In this document: in pieces, positions 1 to 13,417 of the stretch | Position numbering within the stretch: position 1 is the first letter of the stretch | Layout of the letters: every line of letters starts with the position of its first letter | Origin: Tubiluchus corallicola | Lineage: Eukaryota > Animalia > Priapulida | Direction of reading: 5' to 3' | Assembly: GCA_030141605.1 (NCBI GenBank) | Contig: JAQGDQ010000454.1 | Span: 62,001-126,000, forward strand | Length of the DNA stretch: 64,000 nt | Notes under the pieces: model-generated | What the model saw: the letters and a program-made list of their open reading frames with translations, nothing else | The model's database searches: none | Told to the model about the DNA's origin: nothing | Translations under genes and position numbers: made by a program

Positions 1-325
1 GTAAAGCCAGGAACCACATAGTGAGGGGGCAGCACTGACCATCTGTTCACTTGGGGGCAGACGTGAGGTATAGAGTAGACAGTAGGCGTTTTGAAAGTGA
101 ATTTGAAAGTAATTACAGGTGTACTTGTACCTGTAGACAGAATGACAGGTACGTTCACCTGTTTGTCTCACCTGGTTGTTTTCTAAGTGCACAGGTTCAT
201 CTCTTGTTAATTTTACACGTGTAACATGTTTGAATGAACAGTTTTCAGACAGGCCCTCTGGCCTTCCGTTAGAGAGGTGTAAGTTGAAAGGATGTTTTTT
301 AAACACATATAAGTTCGTGAAATAT

Positions 326-571
326 ATCGTCATCATCATCGTCGTCACCGTCGTCGTTGTCGTCATCACCATTATCATCGTCGTCGACATCATCATCATC
401 AAAAGCAGCAGCAGCATCGTCGTCGTCATTATCATCATCATCACCATCATCATCGTTACCATCATCATCATCGTCGTCGTCGTTATCGTCGTCGTCGTCG
501 TCGTTGTCGTCGTCGTCGTCGTCATCATCATCATCAAAAGCAGCAGCAGCATCGTCGTCATCATCATCATA
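326..571. repeat. (ATC/GTC)n microsatellite
   Basis: Direct inspection; similar tracts at 10989-11065, 46725-47062, 48343-48450 and 63218-63725. Confidence 0.95.
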
Positions 572-1156
572 ATATGCTCGTTACATATAATAGAATTCCT
601 CCTTCAGGACAGATAAACACAGCAGTATATGCTCTTCCTGTAACGAATGTGATGGTAGTTTACAGGGCAACACCAGCTTGCTTTAGAATTTCGTGGATAA
701 GAAACCAGAAAGAAAAAAATGGACTTGTAAACAGTTATAAAACGCAGTCATAAAAGCGAGTTAATAAGCGATTTTGCATTGCGTCTTTTCCAGTGCTGTA
801 GATTACAGCTACCGCACGTGGTTTGGAATTTTTTTATGTTATTCTAAGATATGCTGGTAATTTGGAGAATATCTCGCCAGTGCTGTGTTTTCACTTTTAA
901 CTAACAAAACCTTGGAGTTGGTTATAGTGCTCAGTAATAGTTTCTAAAAGTACTAATTAGCGAATGCTTTGGCAGTGATGCTCTGAAGCTTATCATGCAC
1001 ACAAGTAATTAAGCAGCAACCTGGCAGCGACTAAATAGGTCTAAAACAGAGTGACTAAACAGAGAGAAGATATACATTCCTTTTACGTGTGTGAGAATCT
1101 GAACTTCGTGCAAATAGGTAGCGATTAGTAGAACTGAATAGAGACCATGAACGATA

Positions 1157-1350
1157 TTAAAGCAAAACCAGAGTTAATGTTAAACTCTAGGACAAAACAA
1201 TCTACACTTTAAAATATTGAGAGAAAACGTACTATTTTTTCAAGAATGACTTACGTGTGAAAGAATTATACACAAACACAATTTCACGTTCGCGCCACTA
1301 GTTCTTCGTTGTTACATACATTTCACCATTCGGTAGCTAGACGGGCACTA
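1157..1350 (+). mobile_element. Family A Kolobok/T2-like MITE, left-end fragment
   Basis: TTAA-AGCAAAACC start; matches other family A copies; ends at an AG microsatellite. Confidence 0.8.
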
Positions 1351-1357
1351 GAGCCTC

Positions 1358-1540
1358 AGAGAGAGGAGAGAGGAGAGAGAAAGGGGGGAAGAGAAAGGGG
1401 GAGGTAGAGAGGGAGGGAGAGAAAAAGAGAGAAAGAGGAGAAAGAGAAAGGAAGGGAGAGAGAAAGAGAGAAACAGAGAGAGAGAGGCGAAAGAGGGAGA
1501 TAGAGAGAGGGGGAGGTAGGGAGAGAAAAAGAGAGAGAAA

Positions 1541-1635
<95 letters not shown>

Positions 1636-1636
1636 T
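1358..1636. repeat. (AG)n purine-rich microsatellite
   Basis: Direct inspection; similar AG/CT tracts at 18799-18980, 21150-21390, 38441-38971, 52880-53084, 53616-53820, 57565-57735 and 58250-58620. Confidence 0.95.
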
Positions 1637-2038
1637 CTTGTAACATCGAAATGCAAGGAATAGTAACCGAAACTTCTTTACTATAGAGTCAGAAAGTCAA
1701 ACGTTTTATTGTGTTTTTTGCTGCAGAATTGCATTGAATTCGTGAATGAGCGTTCATGGAGGCTGCGAATGTTATTAACCTGATTACGTGCCGTTCCTAA
1801 TTGTTTACTGTTGTTTTTGTTCTGTAGAAGTAAAAACGAAGGCAATAATTCACTGACTAAACATCAACCGTTTGTATATTTTATGATTGGATTTGAAATT
1901 GAGACAGGAAACAGCATATGGTTTACAATAATTAATTCAGCAAAACAGTTTTTACTAACGGGATTATGTATTTGTCCTGTAACGTAGCGTGGCGTATCCA
2001 GGATGTTACAGTTTTCCCAAGGAATTTTGTATGTACAC

Positions 2039-2413
2039 TAGGAGATGAGCATTCTCCACCAGAAAACGAATTCGATCGAATCGAATTTGTGGCTTTCGAA
2101 TTCGAATCTTACCGAATTAGAGTATTTCGAATCAGAATCGAATTCGAATTGAGTTCGAAAGATTTTCGAACAAGTTTTCCAACCACTAGTAAAAAGTGGT
2201 CTTACAAAGATCATGCATATTACTTGATTTTGTTCTGTAGTAAAACCACTAACAATTTGTTTAAAATTTTGTACAGAAATCACAGCTAACCTGTGCTGAT
2301 TGCATGATGTTTCAAACGTTTTAATGATAAAGAACGTATGTGATCGAAATGCTGAATTATTCCTATCCATAATTTTAGGTGAAACGAATTCGAACGTTCG
2401 ATGTTCATCCCTA
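2039..2413. mobile_element. hAT-like MITE with subterminal TTCGAA repeats
   Basis: TAGGAGATGAGCAT ... ATGTTCATCCCTA; many TTCGAA motifs; related end fragment at 45713-45792. Confidence 0.75.
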
Positions 2414-2703
2414 ATATGCATCAGAACGTCTCCAGGAACTAAGCATTTTTTCTACAAGATGGCGCAGCTCATGCGGAGTTTTCTGTTTGAATATCATTGC
2501 AAAGACTTCACACGAGATTTTATCCCCGAAACACAAATTTACGGCGTCTACAGACCGTCAGGGTTTTCTGGTTCCTTGCGTGACAGTCTGAGCTCTAAAA
2601 TCTCAATTCCTCTTTTATTAGCAACAGCTGAAAGAAAGTGAAACTTATGACTGTCATTCACAACGTCTTTGTGAAAAGATGACAGTTTGTTACTTGAATT
2701 TGC

Positions 2704-3304
2704 TTTAGAGGACAGAATGATTTTTCATATACTACCTCATTTTCAAGTACGGTAAAAGTATACATTTTAATACAATTAATACTGCAAAAGTGGTTTTATT
2801 ATAAATAAATAACAAACTGAAAACAGAATTAACGACAGGCAAGTCCAGCTATTGACGACATCACAAACTAATATAATTTTCAACAGCAAAAATATTCCAT
2901 GAGCTTGTTTGCACGTGTTTGTGAAAGTGAAAATTGACGTACAGTGCTATTGTAAGATATTCTGTGTGTTGTACTAGGCAAGTTGTAAGATAAAAATTAA
3001 AATTTCAAATGTACCGCTTGTGCTCACGCATGAGCTGTCGAACGTGCGTAGTTCGTCAGAGACTAACACATCTGAACTGAGAGGTACAGCACCTGTTTTT
3101 TTTGCAATGCGTTTCCGAAATGTTGGTGCTAGTGCCTGTCTAACTAGCGAATGGTGAAATGCATGTAACAGTGAAGAATTAGTGGCGTGAACGTGAAACT
3201 ATATTTGTGCGGTAATAATTCTTTCGCGTAAGTCATTTTTGTGTGTGTCTCTTTCAATATTTTAAGCTTGTTTCGACCTACAGGATGATTCGGTCCGGTT
3301 TTAT
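2704..3304 (-). mobile_element. Family A MITE, near full length
   Basis: Aligns along its length with 4329-4934 and with the reverse complement of 14092-14719. Confidence 0.85.
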
Positions 3305-4109
3305 ATTGTCATCCAAATTTAAACGTTGGTCGTTTCTGAACGTGGATCAATTTTGATATAACACAAGGTCAATATAACAGCAATTTACCTTTGAATGTTT
3401 CTCAAAGATTTCTCCTACTGTATTTCATTCATCAAAACCTGTTCTGAGACGAACTAAATTCCCTGATTTAACTCCTCAAATAAGAATTTGTTTTCTTTCT
3501 GATGTTAAATGACTTCTTTATTCTCTACTAGATTGACTTGCGGTGAGAAAGCCTTTATCAAAAACTAGTTTACGTCATTTTTATCTCCTTATATGGTGGC
3601 TAATCTTTATAGAGGGCGTAGTAATCGTTCTGTGGTTTATTGTGTTTGAATAAGACGTGTCAGAAATAATTGATTGTTAAAGAAACTTAATCGCTTCTGA
3701 AGGATTAGATAACTTTGTGTTTGCTTTAAACGTTTTTTGTTAATCTGTGCGCTTAACTTGAACGCGGTCTTTGGAAAAAATGAAATAAAGCAATGTCCAT
3801 AGATAAGTAAATAGAGCGGCGAGTTTTAGTTCTTAACACATTGTTTTCTTTTGTTGTTTGTTAGTTTTGTTGAAAAGAGGTGATCAAGATTCCTCTGCTA
3901 ACATCAGTGCGTCAGCCAATTGTAATTTTTTTCCTATTTTTAAACGCTGCTGTGCAACTCTCTGGAATCAAAGACCTGCGTAGAATTGCTTCTGTGTGAA
4001 CTATTGTTTCTTGCTATGTGAACTAGTTATACTTTGTGTTCAGGCTGAATTTAATTGACTTTAAAACTGCTAAAATTCAGTAATTTCAGCACAGCCTAAA
4101 GCTAAGATT

Positions 4110-4204
4110 GATTATCCTTGCATAACGACTCCCGTTTAACGTCGTTTCGCTTAACGTCGCGTTTTGCTGGAATGCTTTAGCGTCGTTAAGCGAGGACTTA
4201 TTGT
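4110..4204. mobile_element. pogo/Tigger-like MITE remnant
   Basis: tccttgcataacgac ... gtcgttaagcgaggacttattg inverted ends; related end gtcgttaagcaaagacttactgta at about 61286-61309. Confidence 0.55.
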
Positions 4205-4328
4205 GTGTATGTAGCTGAGGTGTGTAAGTAAATAGGATCATATCATTAATTTAGAGTTTAGATCTTGTTACTTAATCTGAAAGTTGTTTAAACGACCGTT
4301 GTTTAAGCCACGTACGATAGTTGTATAT

Positions 4329-4934
4329 TTAAAGAAGACAGGATGATTTTTCGTATACTACCCCATTTTCAAGTCCGATAAAAAGTTTACATTTTATCAC
4401 ATTTAATACTGCAAAAGCGTTTCTGATAATTAAATAATAGATTAAAAACTTAATTAATGGCGGGCAAGCCCAACTACTGATGACATTGCAAACTAGCATA
4501 ATTTTCAACAGCAAAAATATTCCAGCGTGTTGTACGTGTTTGTGAAAGCGAAAATTGAAGTCTAGTACTTCTGTAAGATATTCAATGTGTTGTACTAAAA
4601 CTAGGCAAGTTTTAAGATAAAACTTTAAATTTCAAATTCACCGCTGTGCTCACGCATGGGCTGTCGAGTTCGTTACAAATTAACACATCTGAATTGAGAG
4701 ATACAGCACCTGTTTTTTGTGCATGCATTTCCAAGATGCAGGTGCTAGTGCCCGTCTAACTAGCGAATGGCGAAGGGCATGCAACGTCGGACAACTAGGG
4801 CGCGAACGTGAAATTGTGTTTGTATGGTAATAATTCTTTCACGTAAGTTGTTTTTGAAAAAATATTATGTTTCCTTTCAGTATTTTAAAGAGTAGGTTGT
4901 TTTGGCCTACAGATTGGGTCAGGTTTTGCTTTAA
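4329..4934 (-). mobile_element. Family A Kolobok/T2-like MITE, full length
   Basis: TTAA at both ends, short imperfect TIRs starting AG (TTAA-AGAAGACAGG ... GGTTTTGCT-TTAA); non-coding; at least 10 copies or fragments in the window. Confidence 0.9.
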
Positions 4935-5019
4935 GGTAAGTTTGTTGCAAAAGTCACTTTTTTGCTAACCTTACTAAGATTTTCTCAGAAATTCTCATCA
5001 CTACGTACTACGCTGGACA

Positions 5020-5240
5020 TTGAATTTCTAGAAGATGTGTTACTACTTCCATTTCCCCCGGGCTTCTTATTTGTGGAATTCTTTACCAGAAACCTGTTTC
5101 TCTGAAAATCACAAGCTGAAGAACATTAACAGACACTTTCAGTCACTTGTAACTTTTAGGTATATGAATTTCATTTCTGTGGACACATCTTCATATTTCA
5201 CGTGTTTATTGTACCTTTACCTTGAGTAGTGACCATTGGG
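5020..5240 (+). mobile_element. CR1/L2-group LINE 3' remnant
   Basis: FPRASYLWNSLPETCFS...NINRHF; related copy at about 18000-18260 (RVSYLWNS). Confidence 0.65.
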
Positions 5241-7150
5241 TAGTTACATGAAAGTAGTAGCCGAAATTTTTCTCATTGACTAGGCGAATTTTCAGAAAAA
5301 TGGATTGCTGCAGATATTTTTCCTTAAAGTTGGCCCTGTCTCGTGAATTTGACTAAGCTGTTGCCGGTTTAAAAAATTAGCGGAAAAGGCTTAAAATAGC
5401 AGAACACAAAATGACCGCAAAGCTTTTGCACAAAGAATATAAACCAAAATAGATGCCTAGAAAAATAACGTTAAAAGGCGATTACGACATATATTGAAAG
5501 GCAGTTGCTCCTAAGAAATCTATTTTTGTTACTTTTATTTCAAAAATGGCAGCCGTTTTCAAGATGGCCGTCACCCAAAACGAAATGAGGCTTTCTTGCA
5601 TTTATTTAGCTGTTTCACCTGCAGAATCATTATTATTTTTACATATTTTTCTTCTCGATTGAAATATATCATCTTACTACCTTATCTGCCTCCTAGGACA
5701 CGTAGGCAATGTTTTCCCTGGGCCGTGGTTTTGTTGGGTTTAACTCTCTCCATGTTTGTTTAAAGCAAATAGAAAATTAAGATTTTCTGTTTGGGGTGAG
5801 TATGTGGTCAAGGTCGAGAATGAATAGGATGAAAAATAAAGTAGAATTGAACTTTATTTTAACAAAACCTGATTTTATCACTTAGATTCGATAGAAGGAC
5901 ATTTTGACCGACGAATTTACGTTATCCGTTCACATTTCTCGCATACATTAGCATATATTTGCACTTACACTGTCTACAGTACACACATCACCGAGGGACT
6001 TAAATTATAATATCTTGGTCTACTGAAAGCTCTTAATTTTGGCTGCAACTCAATAAGAAACCTATGAACCACAAACGTCGTTCTTGCGGTTGCTTGTCGA
6101 GAACAAGAATAAAATCTGGCATCAGGTCGAGAACGGGGAATTTATTTTGGTTCCTAGATCTCGCTTATTTCGTGTTTAGCTCAGAAAAGGTGTAACGGTT
6201 GATGTAAAAAGTTTTTTAGCGTTTTCTGTGCTTTAAGTGAAATTGGGGCAAACTGAACAGAAACATTATTCTCAGTGGCATTCAGAGCACCTTATCCAAA
6301 GAGTAGAGACCCTTCCAGATATTTTGCATCCTAGCTGCTTCAACTTAATGCTAGAATTTTCCCAATTTTCTTTCCATTCCAATCTCATGTTCGTGGATTG
6401 TCCTTTTGCAATCTGCTGTGCCGTCCATCGCCATGACGTCACAGATTTTAGCGTCACCGATAATTAATGTTTCGTCTGCTTTAATTTAGCTCGATACCTT
6501 AGAATTCAAGAGGCTGGGGGAAAGTGGTAATAGTGCTGGGAATGATACGAAAGTCCTTCGTTTAAATGCAGGCTCAGTTTTGGCTTTTTACACAATCTTC
6601 TTTCTTATGTTTAAATTCGGTTTAAAGTTTCAGGATTTGCTACTTTTTATTCCAAAATTTATTGATAATCACGTAATAGGATTATAAATCAACCCTGATT
6701 TAAAATAGTACAGGTGTTTTTAGAAATGTACTGATTTGATGAGCTAAAAAAGTTTTCAGGTGGCTTAGGCTGTAAAAACGGTTAAAAGTTCGAAAGAATT
6801 TACCAAAATATTGTGTCTATCAATAGATTAATGCGAGATAAATCTGACAAGTGCAAACAGAGCCTGTTATTCGACTGTAAACATGGCCCCTGATAACTAC
6901 GGAAGCTTAGCCGTGCCATAATTGTTTGGTAAACAATGGTAATGTAGGTAGAATTATATGAAAGCACGGCTTTGTGATAACGTGGGACTTTCTCTGTGTT
7001 AGGTTTTTGAGCACGTCTGTTTCCCGCATTGTGTTATCATTATAGATTTAAACACATTCTATTTTAAAACAGGTAATTGCACATCGTAATATAGCTAATT
7101 AATGTTACTTAAAACAGTTAAAATTTTGGTTCTACTTTCGTTGTACAACC

Positions 7151-7438
7151 TTAAAGGAAGACAAGATGATTTTTCATTTGCTACCCCATTTTCAAGTCCG
7201 ATAAAATTTTACTTTTTAACACAATTAATACTGCAAAAGCATTTCTGATAATTAAATAATGGATTAAAAACTTAATTAATGCTGGACAATCCCAGCTATT
7301 GATGACATCAGAAACTAACATAATTTTCAACAGCAATAATATTCCACAAGCGTGTTACACGTGTTTGCGAAGGAGAAAATTGAAATACAGTGCTACTGTA
7401 AGATATTCCGTGTGTTGTACTAAAACTAGGCAAGTTTA
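7151..7438 (-). mobile_element. Family A MITE right-end half
   Basis: TTAAAGGAAGACAAGATG start; directly abuts a family B fragment. Confidence 0.85.
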
Positions 7439-7442
7439 GCAA

Positions 7443-7770
7443 TTTAGACGCAGCCATTTTAATGGTACTTCGTTTGATACAAGTTTAGAAAAAAGTGCGT
7501 GAAGTTTGAAAGAATAATCGCAGTATTCGTAGCACACTTCACTAATTAAGTAAAATTTCAAATTACTGTATCTTGTCAAAGATTAAAAATACGTTTTTGC
7601 TTATTGAGTAGTGCACCCTGGAGGGTGAGTCAGCGACACTTTACCAATTGGTGAAAACATTTTAAATTAACATTTCTAGTTACACAAGTCTTTCAAACTG
7701 GTAAGCGAAATGATAAGTAATATAACTTTGCATGGAAAGTTTTTTGCGACATAATTTAGCATTTCACATT
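7443..7770 (-). mobile_element. Family B MITE internal fragment
   Basis: Reverse complement of about 12880-13205 (ttagacgcagccatttt ... gacataatttagcatt). Confidence 0.8.
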
Positions 7771-8458
7771 TTTAACTTCGGAAGAAGTCGTAGCTGAACG
7801 AAATGATGTGGTGCATCACTGTGCGAAAGAAAACCACTTCTCCTTGTCCGAACTGTAGTCTTCCCCTGGGAGTTTTCCCTTCCAGAGATCACGTACAGGA
7901 AGACCTTTATCGATGTCACTTTCAAACGTAATATCAAAAATTATTAGGAATCAATTGAGGCAGAATTGGAATGCAAAGGATTTTTAAAGTACTGCAAATT
8001 TTACAAGCAGTAGACTAGTTTCTCATCCATAATTACACTAATTTATCTTTTTAATTGATAAAATTAATGTCAGTGATCGTTTTATCTAATGCATTTAATA
8101 AAATGAATCGCTTTTTCATCCTCCACAAAAGCTTTTCATTGCCTTTTGTGAACGCTACCAGATGGCTCTGGTCTTTGTTTGCCTCTGACTAAATTTTCAC
8201 AAATTGTCTTTCTAAACAATCTCGTGTTGTGTTATCATTTCGTGTATACCAGAACAGGTGTTGGCTTTGTTCTACCTGTAATTCATAAATTAAAGGTACA
8301 CTGCTTTTGTGTGCTGCGTGCCTTCTTGCTCTTTCACAAAGATTAATTTTCAGTTGCTACACCATCTAATTTTTGAAATTGCAACTGAAAGTAACCTTGA
8401 TAAAGGTCTGGCATCACGTGATCTCTGGAAGGGAATACTCACAGGGGAAGACTACTTC

Positions 8459-8662
8459 TAGTAGCAATAGTGGTAGTGGTGGTAGTGGCTGTGTAGATGG
8501 CAGTGTAGGCGGCAGTGGTAGTGGTAGAGGGTGTGGTAGTGGTAGTGGTAATGGTAGTAGTAGTAGTAGAGATAGTGATAGTGGTGGCGGTAGCGGTGGC
8601 GGTGTAGATGGCAGTGTAGGCGGCAGTGGCAGTGGTAGAGCTAGAGGTAGTGGTAGTGGTAG
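8459..8662. repeat. (GGTAGT/GGC)-rich low-complexity repeat
   Basis: Direct inspection. Confidence 0.85.
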
Positions 8663-8822
8663 TTTACCTTCTAAGTGCGCACGACTGACTCAGCAAAAAA
8701 GTATTATTGATTTTTTGACAATCTAAAGTAATTTATGCTTTCCCTATTTAAGTAGTAGAAAGTTTCTTACGAATGCTGTGATTTGACAGTTTTATTATAA
8801 CCTGTTTCAAATAATTTACTAT

Positions 8823-8975
8823 TAAAATGATGGCGTCTAACGGTCATCGAGAGAGTTTAGATCTTGCAAGTCTTGTACAGCGGTACTCCTATCGCAAGCT
8901 GTGTCTGCAATGAGACAGCATGTAAGTGATACAAAATTGTAAGAGGAATTTTTAATTTTTATCTATGAAGTGTTC
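8823..8975 (+). mobile_element. Family B right-end fragment
   Basis: gcgtctaacggtcatcg ... atgtaagtgatacaaaatt; similar fragments at 16440-16543 and 29328-29451. Confidence 0.7.
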
Positions 8976-9804
8976 ATCTGTTCATCTAACGTTTATTCAT
9001 TGCAATGAATGGCATAGTTTTGTTAGAATTTCTGTGGTGTTTACTTAGCAATTCTTAAACTAAATCCAACTTTTGTGTGTCCAAATCTTAATTTTAAATC
9101 AACTAAAATCATTCCATTTTACAACAAACTACCTGGCTATGATCTAAAGTCAGTTTTCGCTGAAATACAATACTGCAGTTTTTACATAAATCACTTTTCG
9201 GCAGTATTCGCATTGAAACGGTTGTGGTTTGAAGCTGTCACAATAATTAATGATCCTCTCAGGTAAAGGTCCTTTATGCTGTACCGCCTGCTCACAGGTA
9301 ACACACGTTGTTGTTTACCTGTGCGGTCTACAATGCTCAGGTACTAATAAAAATGTACCGACAAAGAGCAGTGTGGTAATAAAACTTGCTAATTTAACTA
9401 CGCATTGGAGCAATAGAGGGCGCAGCTAAAACGCACGTGGCGCCATGGCGTCAGAGAACTCAAAAATTTTGTACAGTCTCTGCATTTTTTGCTGAAATTA
9501 ATTTTTAATAAGTGTTTTAGTGACAGGGAAACTTATTGCTAAAATTAATTTTTAATAATTGTTTTTAGTGACTGGGAAACTTCCTAAATTGTTCCGTTAC
9601 GTCGCATTTTATCAGAGAAAAAGTTATTCTTGCAGCATTCTTGTCATGGCTCAGCCATTGTTTGGTTTGTCCATATTTGGAATCAAATAAATCTCCAGAG
9701 GGTATAATTCTGGAACTGATGCTGTTACAACTTCGACGTGAGCAAACAGAAGAACAGGATTTGACGAATTTCCTTCTATTTTTGCAGTTTGTTGTGGCGC
9801 GCAA

Positions 9805-10259
9805 CGGCAGCCTGTAGTAAAAATTACTGGGGTGCTGCTTCAGAAAATTTAGCCATTTGGTTTAATACTGTGTAAAACGTAACTAATATAATTATGTAAT
9901 TTGTAATTGTAATTTTAAACAAACAAATATACGAGATTTTATGCATAAACTTGCTTTTGCTAATTGCTTTTACTGATTACCTAAGTCGTCGCAGTTGAAG
10001 CTTGATCTGTTCACGGTAAACACGTGACGACTGACAACAAACTGTGTGAGCGACAGTACTTTGTCTACCTAGCAGCAGGTTGCAGCAGTGCAGCGTGTTA
10101 TCTCAGACATGTGCTTGGATGTAAAGCAAACAGTACTTACCCTCACGTGCTCTGGTTCCGTACAATTATAAAGAAAGAGCTAAAGAAAAAAGACTTATAT
10201 TGAATATTATCGAAAATGGGGGGTGCTGCAGTTCCACAGTACCAATACGCGAGCCGCGC
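9805..10259 (+). mobile_element. Family C hAT-like MITE
   Basis: Homologous to 28125-28840, 36072-36513 and 37712-38114; family termini CAGTGGCGGCT ... AGCCGCCACTG. Confidence 0.8.
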
Positions 10260-10504
10260 GTCCAGAAGTTTGGTCTTCTCTTTACCGGGGATTTAGCGTG
10301 CAAGGTGCGTGTTTGCGTGTGCGTGCATGCGTGAATAGCGCAGGAGATTAGGCGGCTGCATGTAGTCCTATTATAACGAACAATTCTGGCAGAACAAGGG
10401 AAATAAATGGAGCAGAAAAACAGAGTTGGCAACGTTAACTTTAATAGGTACACACTACATAGGTGGGTATCTCAAAAAATGTTTCCTAAATGACTTTTGA
10501 CAAA

Positions 10505-10702
10505 TAATAATAATCACAACAACAATAATAATAAACGCTTTGTTTTTCAAACATAAACACAAGTACAGTTAACAAATCACACACTTAAATAAACAACGCA
10601 TACAACAACACGTCCCTAGAAATACAGGACTCTTTTTAAACGTAGTTGATTAGAAAATACCATAATTTATATCAAACACGTCTACATACATATATATCAC
10701 AG
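10505..10702 (-). mobile_element. Retroposon 3' end with (TTA)n tail, dispersed repeat
   Basis: About 180-bp homolog at 29482-29663; both start at an (AAT)n run on +. Confidence 0.65.
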
Positions 10703-11550
10703 TAAAAGTAAGTCACAATAAAAATAAAATATTAATTTTCATCAAATGGACTCGAATGATGTAGCCCCAGATATCTCAAAGAATAAAGCCAAGGGCCTAA
10801 TATACCAGAAGTGAGCGAATCACACTTGGGAACTATGTTAAGCAAAATTTTCATGGGGTAATTTGTTACCCCGGTTGCTCTTTATTGTAATACAAAAACC
10901 CTTTGGCTACTTGGTGCCTCTGGACCACAACTAACAGTGGCTAAGCTTATTTGCTTACAGGGCTCAACGTCTGCAGTAATGGTGGGGATGATGACGATGA
11001 TAACGATGAAGATGACGATGACGATGATGTTGACGACTATGACGATGACTATGACGGTGATGACAACAAAAATGAGAAAAATGTTAATATTTCGCCACAT
11101 TATCCCCAAAATTGCATGTTTTCAATGGCAGATTGGACATATCTTACCATCTATTTAGTGTCTTATAGGCATAGAGTTCGTCAAAGTACTAGTAGCAATT
11201 GCAGAAGTTAGCTAAGAGCTTCCACTCTTCCTGGGGGTATCACCTCTTCCTCCCCTTCTTCTTTCCTCCTCCCCAACTCTCAAGAAATCACGTCACCCGG
11301 AGGTGCTGTTGTTTGATACATTTTTTGTCGGAAACAAGTTGATTTACTAGCAATTGGTTAACTAAACGTTCTTACCTGTTTTACCTAATCATTCGCCTGT
11401 CAGCCGTTTCTAGGTTAATGAAAAAGCGGCTGAGTTTACCCTTGTGAGCGAAGGTAATCGACGGCTTGCTTTTTAGTGCATGATGGCGGCAAACAATGAA
11501 TTCCATCGGCCATTTATCAGAGGTCGTGTTGACATTCTTTCTGTACTACT

Positions 11551-11986
11551 CAGTGGCGGCTTGAAGCTAAAATTAGGGGGGGGGTGCTACTACAGAAAAT
11601 TTTAGCCATTGTTTTAATACTCTGTAAGAAACATATGTAATTTTAATGTTGTAGTTATATTTGAAGATCAGCTGTTGAACGACCTCTTTTCTTAACTGCA
11701 ACTTTCTCATGAAAAGACAACTGTTAAAAATTAAGCAGTTGTAGTTCACTTACATTCACAGAACTTATTTCTTGAGGATGCAAAGCGTCCATTATTAAAT
11801 AATTTATGTTTTAAGCACACACGCTAAGTTTACACTTTATCGCGTCCTAGAATATGATAGCACACGTGGCAATCGTTACTGTGTTAGAGACAGTACTTTC
11901 TCTACTTAGCAGTAGACGCTAGCGTTCAACGTGTTATCTCAGATATGTTATCTGTAGTTTCATCCCCCATACACGAGCCGCCACCG
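11551..11986 (+). mobile_element. Family C-related hAT-like MITE
   Basis: CAGTGGCGGCTTG ... CGAGCCGCCACCG TIRs. Confidence 0.8.
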
Positions 11987-12681
11987 TACTGCGTGTTTTG
12001 TGTAAGACTATTTGCCTTGAATGTTTTATGTATGGACGATATGTTCTTTGCTCAGTAATATAAACCCTCACAGATTTACTCTTCCAAATATTCCTTTGGC
12101 GGTCTTTTCTTTGACTAAAGATTTTCTATAAATGACTCTGATTCAAGAAGCAGGGTCTTTTTAGCATAGAAACTGGGTGGGTATACCCAATTCAATTCAA
12201 TTCGATCTCTTGGCTGATTTTTCGTTTTCTCATACAAAAGATAGCTGTCAAAAACTGATTGCACTAAACTCGGGTCATGTATGCTAAGCAGTTATCTGAA
12301 CGATTTACAGCTTTCTGTCTGTGACCTCGTGTAATTCACCATTTCCCTTAATGTTTCTGTCCACATTGAAATACAATTGAGTTTGTCCATTTCGACCACT
12401 GGTCAAGAGTGGACTAATTTTCGTCTTGTATAGAAAGCGCGTAATGAGTGAGGAGGAAGGAAAGGGGTGATTATTGTGGTTTGCCAGATGCACAAACTCT
12501 CCTTTGTGGATGACGTTAATTCTTGTTAATACAAAGTTAATACAAAGGTCACGTGAACATTCCTTAAAAGGAAAAAGACGGGAATTTAAAGGATGTCACA
12601 AAAAACTTTTCGTGCAAAGTTATATTACTTAACATTACCCTTACCTGTTTAAAAAACTTACGTAATTGGAAAAGAAAATTC

Positions 12682-13350
12682 TTAAAGGACAAAAAAGGGG
12701 TAACTGAAGTAGGTAGAAAAATCGCCTTAAAAATTATGCTACTTTACAGCAATTTTATGCGTTCATCGTACTTGCGTTGAAAGGAATTTTTGTTTGTTTT
12801 CATTTTGAATTTCCCGCAATACTGTTCTGAAGTCGCCATTACATGACGTCATATACGCACAACGTAAATCAGGGAAAGGCAATGTTAAATTATGTCTCAA
12901 AACATTTTCCATGCAATTATATATTACTTAACATTTCACTTACCTGTTGGAAAGAATTATGTAACTAGAAATAATAATTCAAAACGTTTGTGCCAGTTGG
13001 TAAAATGTCGCTGACTCATCCTCCAGGGTGCGCCACTCACTAACCAAAAACGTATTTTTAATCTTATTGACAAGATGCAGTAATTTAAAATTTTACTCAT
13101 TTTAGTGACGTGTATGCTACGATTGTTCTGATCATTTTTTTAAAAATCACGCGATGTTATTTCAATTTGTTTCGAACGACCTACCATCAAAATGGCTGCG
13201 TCTAACGGTCTCCGCGGGAGTTTAAATTTACATGTTTTATACACTTGCTGCCGACGCAAGCCCTGCATGCAAAAAGGCAACATGTAAGTGATACAAATTT
13301 CAAAACGATTTTTAAGCTTTATTTATGAAGAGTGTTTTCTTGTGGTTTAA
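12682..13350 (+). mobile_element. Family B Kolobok/T2-like MITE, full length
   Basis: TTAA-AGGACAAAAAA ... TTTTCTTGTGGT-TTAA; homologous to the 19493, 25706 and 54303 copies. A deleted related piece precedes it (about 12563-12681). Confidence 0.9.
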
Positions 13351-13417
13351 GCAGCATAACTGGAAGGCTATCGTGTAGTCAAAAAACCAGACAGTTGAAG
13401 CTGGTGACATCTGCAGA

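Noticed and set aside
8373-8726. Gly/Ser-rich 117-aa ORF
   Set aside because: Derived from a GGTAGT low-complexity repeat; no ATG start or convincing splice sites.
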